From Mobula hypostoma (lineage: Eukaryota), in contig NC_086119.1 in assembly GCF_963921235.1 (NCBI RefSeq), positions 43,896,001 to 43,960,000 on the forward strand: DNA of 64,000 nucleotides. Reading direction: 5' to 3'. Shown in pieces: positions 12,460 to 26,467 of the stretch (position 1 is its first letter; each line of letters opens with the position of its first letter). The notes beneath the pieces are model-generated. The model was not told the origin of the DNA. It did no database searches and saw only the letters and a program-made list of their open reading frames with translations. Both the position numbers and the translations under genes were made by a program.

Positions 12460-12680
12460 TTTATTTATTTATTGAGAGACAGCGTGGAATAGGTCCTTCC
12501 AGCCCTTCGAGCTGCTCCGCTCAGCTCCCCACCTAATCAAGGGACATTTTACAATGACCAAACAGTTCACCTTTGAACTGTGGGAGGAAACTGGAGCACC
12601 CAGAGGAAACAGGGAGAACATACAAACTCCTTACAGACAGTGGTGGGAATTGAACCCAGGTCGCTGTTACCGTGCCAACC
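12460..12680 (-). mobile_element. HE1/V-SINE-like SINE
   Basis: Reverse-complement V-domain core (tgggaggaaactggagcacccagaggaaac) and CR1-like tail. Confidence 0.75.
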
Positions 12681-13569
12681 TACCCAGTCATGTTTAGTTC
12701 CTTTTTCCAAGGAAAAAGATCGTGAGCATTCAACCTCACAATGCCCCTCATGATTTTATACCCCTCTATAATGTCACCCTTTAATCTCCTACCTTCCAGG
12801 GATAAAGTCCTGCCTACCCAACCTCTTGCTATAACCCAGTCCCTTAAAGTCCAGGCAGCAAACTTGTAAATCTCCACACTCTTTCTAGTTTAATGATGTA
12901 TTCTCCTATAACAGGGTAACCAAAATTACACAATAATCCAAGTGTGTTCTTGTACAACGGCAACATGAATGTCGGTACGTGTCACGGGTTTAAGTATGTG
13001 GTGGAATTCAATCCTCTTAACACTTGGTCATTGGATCAGACAAGTCTGAGCCGTTAGACATGGCAGCCGCTGGCATCGATGGGATTGATTGTTTCTGTGG
13101 TGCCAAAATCTGCTGGAAAAATAAAAGGAAAGAAAACACTGGATAAAGAACACAAGGAAATTGATCAGACAATAACAAAGGTACAATATGTTTTCACATA
13201 GTTCGTACGTTACAAAGAAAATAAAAGTACAGAACATGCATTCTGTAGAAATTGAATATTTTTGAATTTTAAGAGAATAAAAGATTCTGAGGTTAGTGTA
13301 GGGAAAAAATTCTGATCAGCTATGATCTTACTGAATGGCAGAAGAGGCACAAAGGGCCAAATGGCCTCCTGCTTCTATTTCTGGATATATTGGGATATTT
13401 AATACCATGTCACAGGTACTATATTAATACAAATAGTAGAAATTTTTTTTGTGATTGCACACTTCTAATTTAGAATAGAAATTATATGCCGCTTTCAGGA
13501 GTGTAGTGGGTAAGAACTTTATACTTGATTAAAGGCTCCTTTGTTTAAGTTTTAAATAAGGGTGGGAGT

Positions 13570-14275
13570 TCCAACATCATGTTACTGGTCTACAAGGCGT
13601 TGGTAAGACCAATTTGGAATATTGCATACAGTTCTGGTTGCCCTGCTGTAGGAAGAAATCAAATTATTCAAAACACATTTATTATTCAAGTATGTATGCA
13701 GTATTCAATCCTGAGATTCGTCTTCCCCACAGACAGCCACAAAACAGAAAACCCTGGAACCCGTTTAAAGAAACACTGTCAACCACCCTTCTCCCCCCAC
13801 CCCCCAAGTCACTAAACTAGAGAGGGTACAAAAAAAGATTTACAAAGCTGTTACCAGGACTGGCGAGTTTGAGTGATAAGGTGAGGCTGGATAGGCTAGG
13901 ACTTTTTTTTTCTCTGAAAGGTAGAAGGCAAAGTGGTAACCTTATCGGAGTTTTAAAATAGTGAAGGGCATAGCCACAGTCTCTTCCCCAGGGTAAAGGA
14001 CTCTAAAACTAGGTGAAGGTGAAAGATTTGAAAAGGACCTGAAGAACAACATTTTCACACAAAGGGCAGTCTAGGTATGGAACAAGCTGGCAGAGAATGT
14101 GATGAGGTCAGTGACGGTTACTACATTTCAAGGACATTTGGACAGCTACGTGGATACACAAGAGTTAGAAGGATATGTGCCAAACATGGGAAAATAGGTC
14201 CAGCTCAGTGAGGCAACATGGTCACCATGGTCAAGTTGGGCTGAAGAGCCTGTTACCATGCCGTATAACTTCGAC
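13570..14275 (+). mobile_element. Degraded CR1 LINE 3' part with an internal insertion
   Basis: YKALVRP and EYCIQFW translations; CR1-type 3' end. Confidence 0.75.
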
Positions 14276-14904
14276 TCCACCAACAAGTCAGAAGTGGGGG
14301 TATTTGTTGGTGATGTACAATATCGATACCTCACAGCTGCACTTGGCTGGATGCAGCAAACCTGTGTCATACTTAGGCATGTTCTGATGAAAAGAGTGAG
14401 CAATTTCAAGTTCCTGGGTGTCTAACCTGGATCCAGCATATTGATGCAATTACAAAGAAGCCATGATAGCTGCTATATTTCTTTAGGAGTTGGAGGTGAT
14501 TTGGTATGGCACCAAAGACACAAATTTCTGCAGATATACTGCAGAGAGTATTCTAACTGGCTACATCACTATCTGGTATGGGCGGGGGGAGGGTGGGTTG
14601 TCGACGGCAGAGGATCGAAATAAATTGCAGAGAGTTGTGAACTCAGTCAGCTCCATCATGGGCACGAGCCTCTGTAGCATCCAGGACATCTTCAAGGAGC
14701 GATGCTTCAAAAACATAGAAACATAGAAAACCTACAGCACAATACAGGCCCTTCGGCCCATAAAACTGTGCCGAACATGTCCTTACCTTAGAAATTACCG
14801 CGGATTACCCATAGCCCTCTATTTTTCTAAGCTCCATGTAACCTATCCAGGAGTCTCTCAAAAAACCCTATCGTATCCACCACCACCACCACCGGCAGCC
14901 CATT

Positions 14905-15990
14905 CAAAATACACATATGTCACCATATACAACCCTGAGATTCATTTTCTTGCAGGCATACACAGTAAATCCAAGAGACACAATAGAATCAATGAAAGAT
15001 CACACCCAACAGGACGGATAAGCAACCAATATGCAAAAGACAGCAAACTGTGTTAATACAAAAACAAAAATAAGCAATAAATATCGAGAACATGAGGTGA
15101 AATGTCCTTGAAAGTGTCCATAGGTTGTGGGAACAGTTTAGTGATGGGGCAAGTGGAAGTTGTATGAAGTTATCCCTTCTGGTTCAAGTGCCTGATGGTT
15201 GGGGGATAAAAACTGCTTCAAAACTTGGTGGTGTGAGTCCTGAGGCTCCTATGCCTTCTTTCTGATGGCAGTAACAAGAAAAGAGCATGGCCTGGATGCT
15301 GGGGATCCTTGGTAAAGGAAAGTGCTTTCCTGCGACCCAGATGTGCTCAATGTTGGGGATGGACTGGGCTGTATCCACTACTTTTTGTAGGATTTCCTGT
15401 TCAAGGCCATTGGTATTTCCATACCAGGTTGTGATGCAGCCAGTCAATATACTCTCCACCACACATCTATAGAAGTTTGTCAAAGCTTTAAATGTCATGC
15501 AAATCTTCAGAAACTTTTAAGAAAGTAGAGGTGCTGCTGTGCTTTCTTTGTAATTGCACTTACATTCTGGACCCAGGACAGATCCTTTGAAAGGAATTTA
15601 GAGTTGCTGATTCTCTTCAACCCTGATCCTCCGATGAGGACTGGCTCATGGACCCCTGGTTTCCTCCTTCTGAAGTTAACAATCAGCTCCTTGATCTTGC
15701 TGACAATGAGTTGCCAGATTTTCAATCTCCCTCCTGTATGCTGATTCGTCACCACCTTTGATCCAGCCAACAACATTGGCGTTGTTAGCAAACTTGAATA
15801 TGGCGTTGGTGCTGTGCTTGGCCACCCAGACATAAGTGTAGAGTAGAGCAGGGGGTTAAGCACACAGTCTTGTTGTGCAACAGTGCTAATGGAGATCGTG
15901 AGGTGTTGCCAATCCAAACTGACTGGGGTCAGCAAGTGAAGAAATCGAGGATCCAATTGCACAAGCAGGTATCGAGGCCAAGGTCTCACA
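14905..15990 (-). mobile_element. Rex-Babar/L2-like LINE, degraded RT C-terminus and 3'UTR
   Basis: LNPLLYS, KIKELIVNFRR, AQQHLYFL and NFYRCVVESILTGCITTWYG motifs. Confidence 0.85.
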
Positions 15991-16224
15991 CAAACAGGGG
16001 AAGTTATTGCTGCAGCTGTCTTAGTTGGCTCCTTTACTTAACGTTAATGGCAAACGGCTATACTTTGCTCCTTACTGCAGGACCTGAGCTACAAACATAA
16101 ATTAATCAATGTAAATTAAATGGCTTATGTTTTTTTTCAGCAAAATACAATTGAAGAGTGATCTTTTTTTGTGCAGTGAATTACAATGACAATTGTTACT
16201 GGGTAATTTTGAGTCATTTCTAAA

Positions 16225-16293
16225 ATATGCCCAGGTACATAAGCATGATAGTTGATATGCCCAGGTACATAAGCATGATAGTTGATATGCCCA
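16225..16293. repeat. Perfect 30-bp tandem duplication (2.3 copies)
   Basis: atatgcccaggtacataagcatgatagttg repeated. Confidence 0.9.
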
Positions 16294-17351
16294 TGTTGTT
16301 GTGCCAAACTAATTAAACCAATAATTAAATGTTTAACTAAACTATCTTCTTCTGCCTACACAAGGTCCACATCACTCCATTCTCTGCACATTTTTGTACC
16401 TGTCTAAGATTCTTTTAAACACCTCAATCATAATTTGCCACCAGCACCACCACATTCCAGGCACACTGTATTCTCTATATAAAAGACCTTACCCCCTCTC
16501 ACCTACAGTAAATGCATGCCCCCTAGTATTGGACATTTTGACTCTGGGAAGAAGATATATGCTGTGGGCTCTATCTATACCTCTCATATACTTATAAACT
16601 TCTATCAGGTCTCCCTTCAGGCTCCGCCGCTCCAGAGAAAACAATCCAAATTTGTCCAGTCTCTCTTTATAGTACTCACCCTCTAATCCAGATGGAATAA
16701 ATCCAGGGGGACTACTTGTTGGGTAATCCTGGGACAACGTGGCTTCACATGGCGTCTCCCCTGATTCCACACAGCAAGTGCCATCTCTCCTCTAAATGTA
16801 TCTCTTCCTCCCCAGCCTCTTTAAGGCTGTGCTTATCTCCCTGCCTTGATTTCACTATCCCTCCCACCACCTTTTGCCATTTCGTGCCACGTATCCCTCC
16901 CCAACCCAACGTTGTGCAAATTTCTCTCCATGATCCCATCAGGATGCTGATCTCTCTCCTCCTGCTCCATCCATCCCAACCTCTTAAGGTGTCGATCCCT
17001 CACTCTGTTCCTGCTTGCAAGGGCTGGTCTTTTCCAGTACTCCATCCCCAACACCAGCTTTTACTTTCCTTCCCTTCAATAATTCCTCCTCCGAACTTTT
17101 ACACAAATCCTACTTTTTTTGTTGCTGTCACCCAACCCCCATCAAATGCTGGGCTCCAGCTCCTCCCTCCCGCCGCAGCACATCCACTAGGCCATTGGGA
17201 CTGGTGGCTGGGAATGTCCCAACTCAGCCTGGGAAAGGTATCTCAAACAACACAAGTGTAGTTTTAAATGAAGGACCAATGAAATATTTCCGGCTCACCT
17301 ATTTAGGATGATTCAGAATTACCAGGCAGTTAACCTTTAGATATTGGATGA

Positions 17352-17621
17352 CAGCAACACCCACAAAATGCTGGAGGAACTCAGCAAGCCAGGCAGCGTC
17401 TATGGAAAAGAAATTCTGCCGAGATCCTTCAGCAGGACTGGAGAGAAAAAGATGAGGAGTAGATTTAAAAAGTTGATGGGGGGGTGATGGAGTCGTGCTG
17501 AAGGGTCTCGGTCTGAAACATCAACTGTACTCTTTTCCATAGATGCTGCCTGGCCTGCTGAGTTCCTCCAGCATTATGTGGGTATTGCTTGGATTTCCAG
17601 CACCCTCAGAATTTCTCGTTT
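17352..17621. mobile_element. Fold-back miniature Penelope-derived element, 12-bp TSD
   Basis: Inverted arms (atgctggaggaactcagc...gcagc / gctgcc...gctgagttcctccagcat); TSD gatattggatga at 17340-17351 and 17622-17633; degenerate hammerheads. Confidence 0.85.
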
Positions 17622-19614
17622 GATATTGGATGAGAGATAGGTTTGGGCAGAGAGACGTGGTGGAAAGATGAACTCACATGCTTTTCTTCAAATAGTGCCC
17701 TGGGTTCTTCTATATCTTGCCTTGGATACATAACCTAAGAAGTTCTGTGCTTTCACCACTGAAGTGCCAGTTTAGGCTTCTAGAATGGGCTTGGCATGGA
17801 ACAGCAGGTCTTAGCAGGGTCAAATGACTGTAACAGTAAAATTTAAGTCAATGTTGGTGGTATGGGTAAATAAAGTTTACAGATAGTGCTTTGTCCCTTT
17901 ATAGCAGTTTCGCTGGTCGAAGTTATATCTAATGCAGACCCAAAATTCACAAGTGAAATACCAGAGAGTTGCCACTGTAATTATACTCGAGAGAAGCCAA
18001 CGAGCATATCTACAAGAAATGCTGCCACAAGGAAGCAGCAGCATCATCATCAAGGACCCTGGCTATCTCACTGCTGCCGTTGGGAAGGAGGTATAGAGGC
18101 CTTATGTCCCACACCACCAGGTTCAGGAACAGTTATTACCCCTTCAACTATCAGGCCCCTGAACCAGTGTGGACAACTTCACTCAGCTCAGCACTGAACG
18201 AATGCCACAACCTATTGACTCACTTTCAAGGACTCTACAACTCGTTCTCAATATTATTTATCACTTATTTATTATTACACTTTTTTTGTATTCGCACATT
18301 TTGTCTTCTTTTGCACATTGGTTGTTTGTCCATCTTTGTGTTAGTTTTTAATTGATTCTATTGTACTTCTTTGTGTCTACTGTGAATTCCCATGAGAAAA
18401 TGAATCATAGGTTCTTTTAAGGTTCCTTTAATATCCGAGAATGTATACAGTATACAACCTGAAATTCATACTCTTCACAGCCATCCAGGAAACACAGGGA
18501 CCCAGAAGTCCTCCTTCCCCCTCCCTTCACACAAGCAGTAGTGAAAGTATCTACCTCCACATCCCCCTCCACTCATGCCAGCAGAAGTACTAAACCCTTC
18601 ACCCGCCCCCCACTATGCAAGCAATAGCAAAAGCCCCCCCATGGAGACCTCGATCTGGAGTCCATCAAAACTACAGTCTATAACCCAGCACTTTGATACT
18701 TCAGACAGGCAGAGAGAGGTCACTCCTGCAACAACTAGAGCGGAGACCAGCACCTCGCTATTCTGATGTTACAAACTTCCACCTCGCTTCTCCAAGCCCT
18801 CTGTCACAAGGACTGACAGGTTCTCTCGCACTTTCCATCAAAAAAAAGAGAAAGCGAGAGGGATCGCTCGAGTGCTGCGGCCTTCCTCCAACAGCAGCCA
18901 GCAATTAGCAAACACACTGCCTGCTGCCTCGCTGTTCCAGTTTCGATGTTGCAGTCTCCCATGACACTTCAGTCGGCGAAAATGGCAAGGAACCGGGCCG
19001 TCCATGGGGCTGCTCCCTGACCTCTGACCTCCCAGCCCCGAGGGCGCGTCTTCCAGACCGTTCCTCGAGATAGCGAAGTACTAGGCTGCACAGTTGTCTG
19101 AAAATCCACCGCTTGCGAAGAAGACAGACTCTGACAGAACCACAACCTCCTCGAAAAGAAAAGGAAGACATAAGAGAAGAAAAATAAGCTGTATCATGGA
19201 CGAACTGGAGGAAGTTGCCTGGGTCTGCAAAATCCACTGGTGCCATCTTTCCTTGCTCCTCATGCTGACAGATACATGCTTTGATAATAAATTTACTTTG
19301 AACTTTGAGACAACAGAAGGAAAATATAACGACCAATATAAATATAAAGGGAATATAAAACCTACTTTCTGAAGGGAAATGTAAAAAGTTTGATGAAAAT
19401 TTGACATCTCAAAGGTACATAGTGAAATGCCAAATACTGAGCTAATTCTAAAATAATCTATGGTAAATAAAATGTCGTCACCCACTTTTAAAAAAAAACA
19501 AGATCATATGATTTCCGTACTCAGCGATACCTTCCTCCACCTTGCTGAAAGTACTCAAAACAATGATAAGAGGCAGAGCTTGGGACAACTGAGGGAGATA
19601 CGTTTGTAGTTTAA

Positions 19615-20830
<1,216 letters not shown>

Positions 20831-21008
20831 ATAGCACAAGCAAGTCAGCAGATGCTGGAAATCCAAAGCAACACACGCAGGAAATGCTGGAGGAACTCAG
20901 CAGGCCAGGCAGCAGCAATAGAAATGAATAGATAGTTGAAGTTTCAAGCTAAGACCCTTCTTCAGGACTTGAGAAGGAAGGGGGAGGGGAAAGAGGCTAG
21001 GTGGAAAA

Positions 21009-21530
21009 GAAGGATATGTGGTAGTGGGTCTGGGTGAGTACATGTCAGAAGGATATGTGACTAGTAGCGGGTCTGGGTGAGTATATGGTCTGAAGGATAT
21101 GTGACTGTGGTAGTGGGTCTGGGTGAGTATATGGTCTGAAGGATATGTGACTGGTAGTGGGTCTAGGTGAGTATATGGTCAGAAGGATATATGACTGGTA
21201 GTGGGTCTGGGTGAGTATATGGTCTGAAGGATATGTGACTGTGGTAGTGGGTCTGGGTGAGTATATGGTCTGAAGGATATGTGACTGGTAGTGGGTCTGG
21301 GTGAGTATATGGTCTGAAGGATATGTGGCTGTGGTAGTGGGTCTGGGTGAGTATATGGTCTGAAGGATATGTGACTGTGGTAGTGGGTCTAGGTGAGTAT
21401 ATGGTCTGAAGGATATGTGGCTGTGGTAGCGGGTCTGGGTGAGTATATGGTCTGAAGGATATGTGACTGTGGTAGTGGGTCTAGGTGAGTATATGGTCAG
21501 AAGGATATGTGACTGTGGTAGTGGGTCTAG
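21009..21530. repeat. Minisatellite with 40/43-bp units (gaaggatatgtgact[gt]ggtagtgggtctgggtgagtatatggtct), about 12 copies, TRIM50 intron
   Basis: Tandem repetition seen directly. Confidence 0.95.
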
Positions 21531-22850
21531 GACAGTACATGATCACTCACCCAGACCACTGCAATCAAATTAGATTGTGTACAAGATTAAGTAACACTAC
21601 AATAAAGTTACATAACTTAATCAATTAATTTTGTTCGGGTATAGGACTAGATAACACTGCAATTAAGTTCAACTGTCTGTTGGGCTAGACACGACTGCAA
21701 TAATATTAACTTGTCTATAAAATGAGGTGACTCTGCAATGAAGTAAGGTATCACATTTCTGATTAAATTTATTATTTTTAATAACCAGCAAATAATGATT
21801 AAATAGAGATGTGACCCACAATAAACTGCAATTATGTACCATCTCCTCCAATAAAAAGCTCATGCATTTTCAATGAAAGAATGGAATGAGACAAAATGAA
21901 ATAACTGATACAATTTTAAAGACTATATTGAAATGACAGACATTGGGATGATTGTACACAAGTCTTTGACATTAGCTGGAGATATTAGCAAAGTTGTTAA
22001 AATAACAGTTGATTATTTTACTTTAATACATTAATGTTTGAATACAAAAGCATGGAAATTTTACAAACCATTAGATAGACATCAGATGCAATAATGTGTC
22101 TGTTTCTGAGAACTATAAATACATACAGAATCAAGACTTTATATCAGGGCCAATGAACTCATTTGCTTGGAACAAATAAGGTTGCAGGAAGAGTTAATAG
22201 CAACGTTTGAAATCATGAAGGGTTTTGATACAGTTGGTATACAATGAAGGCATTTGAATTAATAAGCATGTATCAAAGAAATACATTTTATTTTGTAATA
22301 TGAGCTGCCCAAAAGAATTACAAAAACAAATCATATTACAAGACCAAGCAGAGGCAGATTAAACAAATGGCTTTCTTCTATGTTATGTCATATTATGTCA
22401 TATTACTGTTTGATTAGGAATAAGATTGTTAGATGTCAAGAAGAATTTGCCTTGAAAGATCAACTTCGGGAGTCTATGCAGTTGCCTTTAGTAGAATCCA
22501 GTCGCATGGATGACCAGAGGAGCTATAGTGATACAGTTTGACTTGTTGACCTTAAGGAAAATGACTGACATTTATTAATTGTGACCAGTGGAGATGAATC
22601 AAATTATCAAATTACACATTATATGTAGAAGGGACAAAATAACTGGAACAATACAGGAAGTAATTTATGATTGCGTAACCACAATAAGACAGAATAAGTA
22701 TGTGGATTAGAGGCCCTAGGCTACGATCTTACAGTTCTAAAACAAAAGAAGAAAGGAGTTGTAGATGTTTTTAAATCTGCTGTTGAAAAGCAAAATTATT
22801 TTAATAGCACAGATTAGCTATATAATCAGTGTAGTAAATAATAGTATGTA

Positions 22851-23090
22851 TATTATGTTTTGTAACTTCAAAACATTAAACTACTTCAAAGGAAGACACA
22901 GGAGTCCAAAAGGTAAGTCTAACTTTGTGTTTACTTTAAGCGAGGCATGTTCATATCACGTGGTAGCGTGATGACATATGCAATTCATAAATTTTTACAT
23001 ATAACCTGTAATTAATTATTTAAATGAACAAGAATGTTTAATCAAACTATATATATAAAACAAGATTACTCAAATATTAAATACATGGCA
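22851..23090. mobile_element. Possible degenerate short solo LTR
   Basis: t(a)ttatg...ggca termini with a near-TSD atgta/gtgta. Confidence 0.35.
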
Positions 23091-24487
23091 GTGTAGAGCA
23101 CTGATTCTGTCTGTGTCTGCTGAATGTCTAGTAATGTGATTGGAGGGGTTCTTTGTTCCTCACCCAGCTTCTCTGTACTATAGTCATTAATAGAGTTTTA
23201 CACTGTCACAGGTTAATGCGAATTAAGTGTTAAATTTGGCTTGGCATTTCTATGAATTTGTAAAACAAGCAAACTTGCAAATTTTTATACTCGTTTTACT
23301 TCAATTTATTTAAACTCAATAGAGGTTAATTGTACTTCACACACAGCCTAAATTCGATCCCTAGCATTACTGCCAGAGATGTTTATCTGGTTGTGGATTA
23401 TTCTTTCTCTGGAATTTACAAAAAAAAACAGGCATTCTTGCTGCCTTGCTAACTTATCAATTTCTACTCTGCAAGTCAATACTGATGTATGAATCCAGAC
23501 TGCAGGTCAAAGTTTTCCTTTTGTCTTTCCTCCACTGGTGGATGGGGTGGGGAAGGGGATTTGCAGTGTGACTGAGTGTGGAGTGCGATATCAGTGTGCT
23601 AAACCCTAACCCTTTCTAAAATTGGTGAGTTTTCTAGCATCATTTCCATCAGAAGCACACACCCTGATGTGGATAGTTTCAGTTCAATGAAGCGGTAATG
23701 TAAAACTGATATCATATCGCACATTAATTGTGACTTCTCCCTTGGTATCAGCAATATTCCTTCTGCTAGCGTTCAGCAGATGACCATTCGTTTGAACAAA
23801 GGCACAACATGAAAGCACTTAAAAGCTTTACTTAACATTAGACATTGCTTGTACTGAATTGTGTTAACATGTTAATATTAACATTTACTATTTCAGTAAA
23901 TTCATGTCATATAACGTATGTCGTATGTCAATCAATTAGTCCCTAATTCACTCCAGTCCTGATGAAGGCTCTTCACCTGAAATGCTGACTGCCCATTTCC
24001 CTCCATAGATGCTGCCTGATCTGCTGGGAGGTCCTCAGCATTTGTGTGCGTTGCTCGAGACTTCTAGCATCTGCAGTCTCTCTGTTGTCTCCATCTCATT
24101 TAAGTCATTTTTGTACAGCCAGCAGCCTTTGGATTTCAGTGGGCCTGAAACGGTTAGCGGTATTTAAATCAATGCACAGGTTTCCTGCAGGACTATCAGT
24201 TAAAGTGCAAAGCATGAAAGTAAAAGTTAATTTTTCCACACAACGATTTGAACATGAACTGCTTCTGAGACAAGCTGCACCATCAGTTAAAAGGAAACAG
24301 AATAATATTTGAGAAGAAAGGTTAGATAAGGGAAAGGATAGATCGAAGGGACAATGCTAATTCTGGTGCAAATCCAAATATCCTCCTGTATCCAAATACC
24401 CGCAGATCTGTAGAAGAGGGATCTTTTCTATCAAGGTGATAGATCTCTGAGTTGTTAATGGGATTCCAGGTTCCTTAAGGTTGTTTT

Positions 24488-25000
24488 AGCTGAGGGGTGG
24501 TAGTGGGGATAAGCTCCCACTACCTTTTAAATGTTCCCAGTCTCACACTGCCACAAACAAACAAGTCCAGCTCTTGGCCACGTGTGGCTTAGCTGCTCAG
24601 CCTGGTTGAACTGCTTCTACTGACAGGAGAAGGGGCAAAGGCCGTTTACTGGCACCTAAGAACCTGTTGTTTTGGGCAGATGGGGCTCGTCCTGCATGGT
24701 TGGCAGCTCACGTAGGAGAAGGAAAACTCTGATCTCAAACCTCCGCTGCCTTGCAGCTCTACCCACTCAGGGGGAAGGCTTCCGGAGTAAACCCCGAGGA
24801 AAAATCCAGAGCTGGAGTCCCTATGGCAGTCCTACATTGAGTTCAACGCTGACTGGAAACTCCTGTGACGCTGCTGATGCCAACTCTGCCATTCCTTTGG
24901 ATTCATCAGCTGTTTGGTAACAGTTTGCTCTCCATATCGTACTGGCCTGGCTTGCGTATCATAGAGACAGCTAGGGCACATCCATGGTCAACCAAGATGT
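24488..25000 (+). mobile_element. RTE-clade (Expander/Rex3-like) 5'UTR-derived element
   Basis: taggagaaggaaaactctga motif recalled from RTE 5'UTRs; no ORF. Confidence 0.5.
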
Positions 25001-25009
25001 GAATTGAGA

Positions 25010-25300
25010 AGGTGCCACTGCATAGTGGTTCGCACAACACTTTACAGTGCCCGCGACTCAGGCTCAATTCCTTCCACTGCCTGTAGTGAGTACATACGTT
25101 CCCACTGTGACCATGTGGGAGTCCTCCAGGTACCCCGGTTTCCTTCCACTGAGTAAAGACGTACTGGTAGGTAGGTTAATTGGTCGTTGTAAATTGTCCC
25201 ATGGTTAGGCTAGGATGAAGTTGAGGAATTGCTGGGCGGCGCAGATCAAAGGGCCAGAAGGGCCTATTCCAGGCTGAATCTCGATAAATAGAAAAATAAA
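25010..25300 (+). mobile_element. HE1/V-SINE-like SINE
   Basis: tRNA-like head, V-domain core (cctccaggtaccccggtttccttccac) and CR1-like tail (gggccagaagggcctattcc). Confidence 0.8.
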
Positions 25301-25933
25301 TGCTTAGCCTTGACTAATGAAGGGCCACAATGGGATTCCGAAGTCTGGAGTATAACAGTACTAACAGATTCTACTCAACTGACAAAAATCAGATTTGTTA
25401 TAAATTTACATGAAAAGAATTAAAAATAGTACTTGGAGTGTCAATCCGATGGGCTCAGTAGATGAAAAGCATTCACCCATGACTGTTCGGGCAACTTTGA
25501 TGTTCTGAATCATTGGTCAAATTACGGCCTCAGAATAAGCATGTGAGATGGAAATGAGAAGAAATTTCTTCACCCAGAGATGTGAACCTTTGGAATTTTC
25601 TATCCACGGGGGCTGTCAAAGCTCGATCACTCACTACAGTCAAGAAAGAGATTGATCAATTTTTAGTTATCAGTGGTTCTGGGGTGTGAATGTAGAGGAA
25701 CTGCACTGATGTAAAGACCTTTGTGAATGGAGAAGCAGTCTCCTTTATTTGTTTGTCCCCATCCGATGACAGTGTGACCAAACAGATGTGCAAAACTGTG
25801 GTCTAGAAGGATTACCCAGTTTTGCAAAACACTGTTGCCACTTGAGCTGCATAAGACCATTTCTAATGTCAAGCAAAATACACGATTGGCACATGAGATA
25901 CTGTGAACAAGGCATAAAGCAATGAGTTGCAGT

Positions 25934-26467
25934 CACAAGAAAATCTGCAGGTGCTGGAAACCCAAAGCAACACACACACAATGCTGGAGGAACTAGAGTG
26001 GGGAATGGGGGAGCGGGGCTGAGGAATTTGGTTCACCAGAAGGAGAAATCGATATTCATACCATCAGATTGGAGATAGAATATAAGGCGTTGTTCCTCCA
26101 CTCTGAGTGTGACCTCATCTTGGCACAAGGTTTCCCCTCCCTTTATTCCCCACTCTGATCTTTTACTGCTTCTCACCTGCCTATTACTTCCTGAGTCCCC
26201 TCCTCCTTCCCTTTCTCCTATTGTCCACTCTCCTCACCTATCAGATTCTTTCTTCTCCAGCCCTTGACCTTTCCCACCCACCTGGCCTCACCCATCACCA
26301 TTCAGATAGCCTATTTCTCCTCCCCCCACCTTTTAATTCATGGATCTTCTCCCCCCCCCCCCCGGTCCCGAAGAAGGGTCTCAGGCCCTCAGAGTAAACA
26401 TCGACTGTTTACTCTTTTCCATAGATGCTGCCTGGCCTGCTGAGTTCCTCCAGTATTCTGTGTGTGT
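25934..26467. mobile_element. Fold-back Penelope-derived element, perfect 15-bp TSD
   Basis: TSD gcaatgagttgcagt at 25919-25933 and 26468-26482; inverted ends; GIY-YIG C-terminal remnant on the minus strand ~26040-26130. Confidence 0.85.

Noticed and set aside
16716-17261. 181-aa Pro/Ser-rich ORF
   Set aside because: No recognisable domain or splice structure; pyrimidine-rich, probably decayed repeat
21009-21530. CRISPR-like array (also considered for 9372-9705 and 48099-48330)
   Set aside because: Units are contiguous tandem copies with no unique spacers, there are no cas genes, and the context is vertebrate
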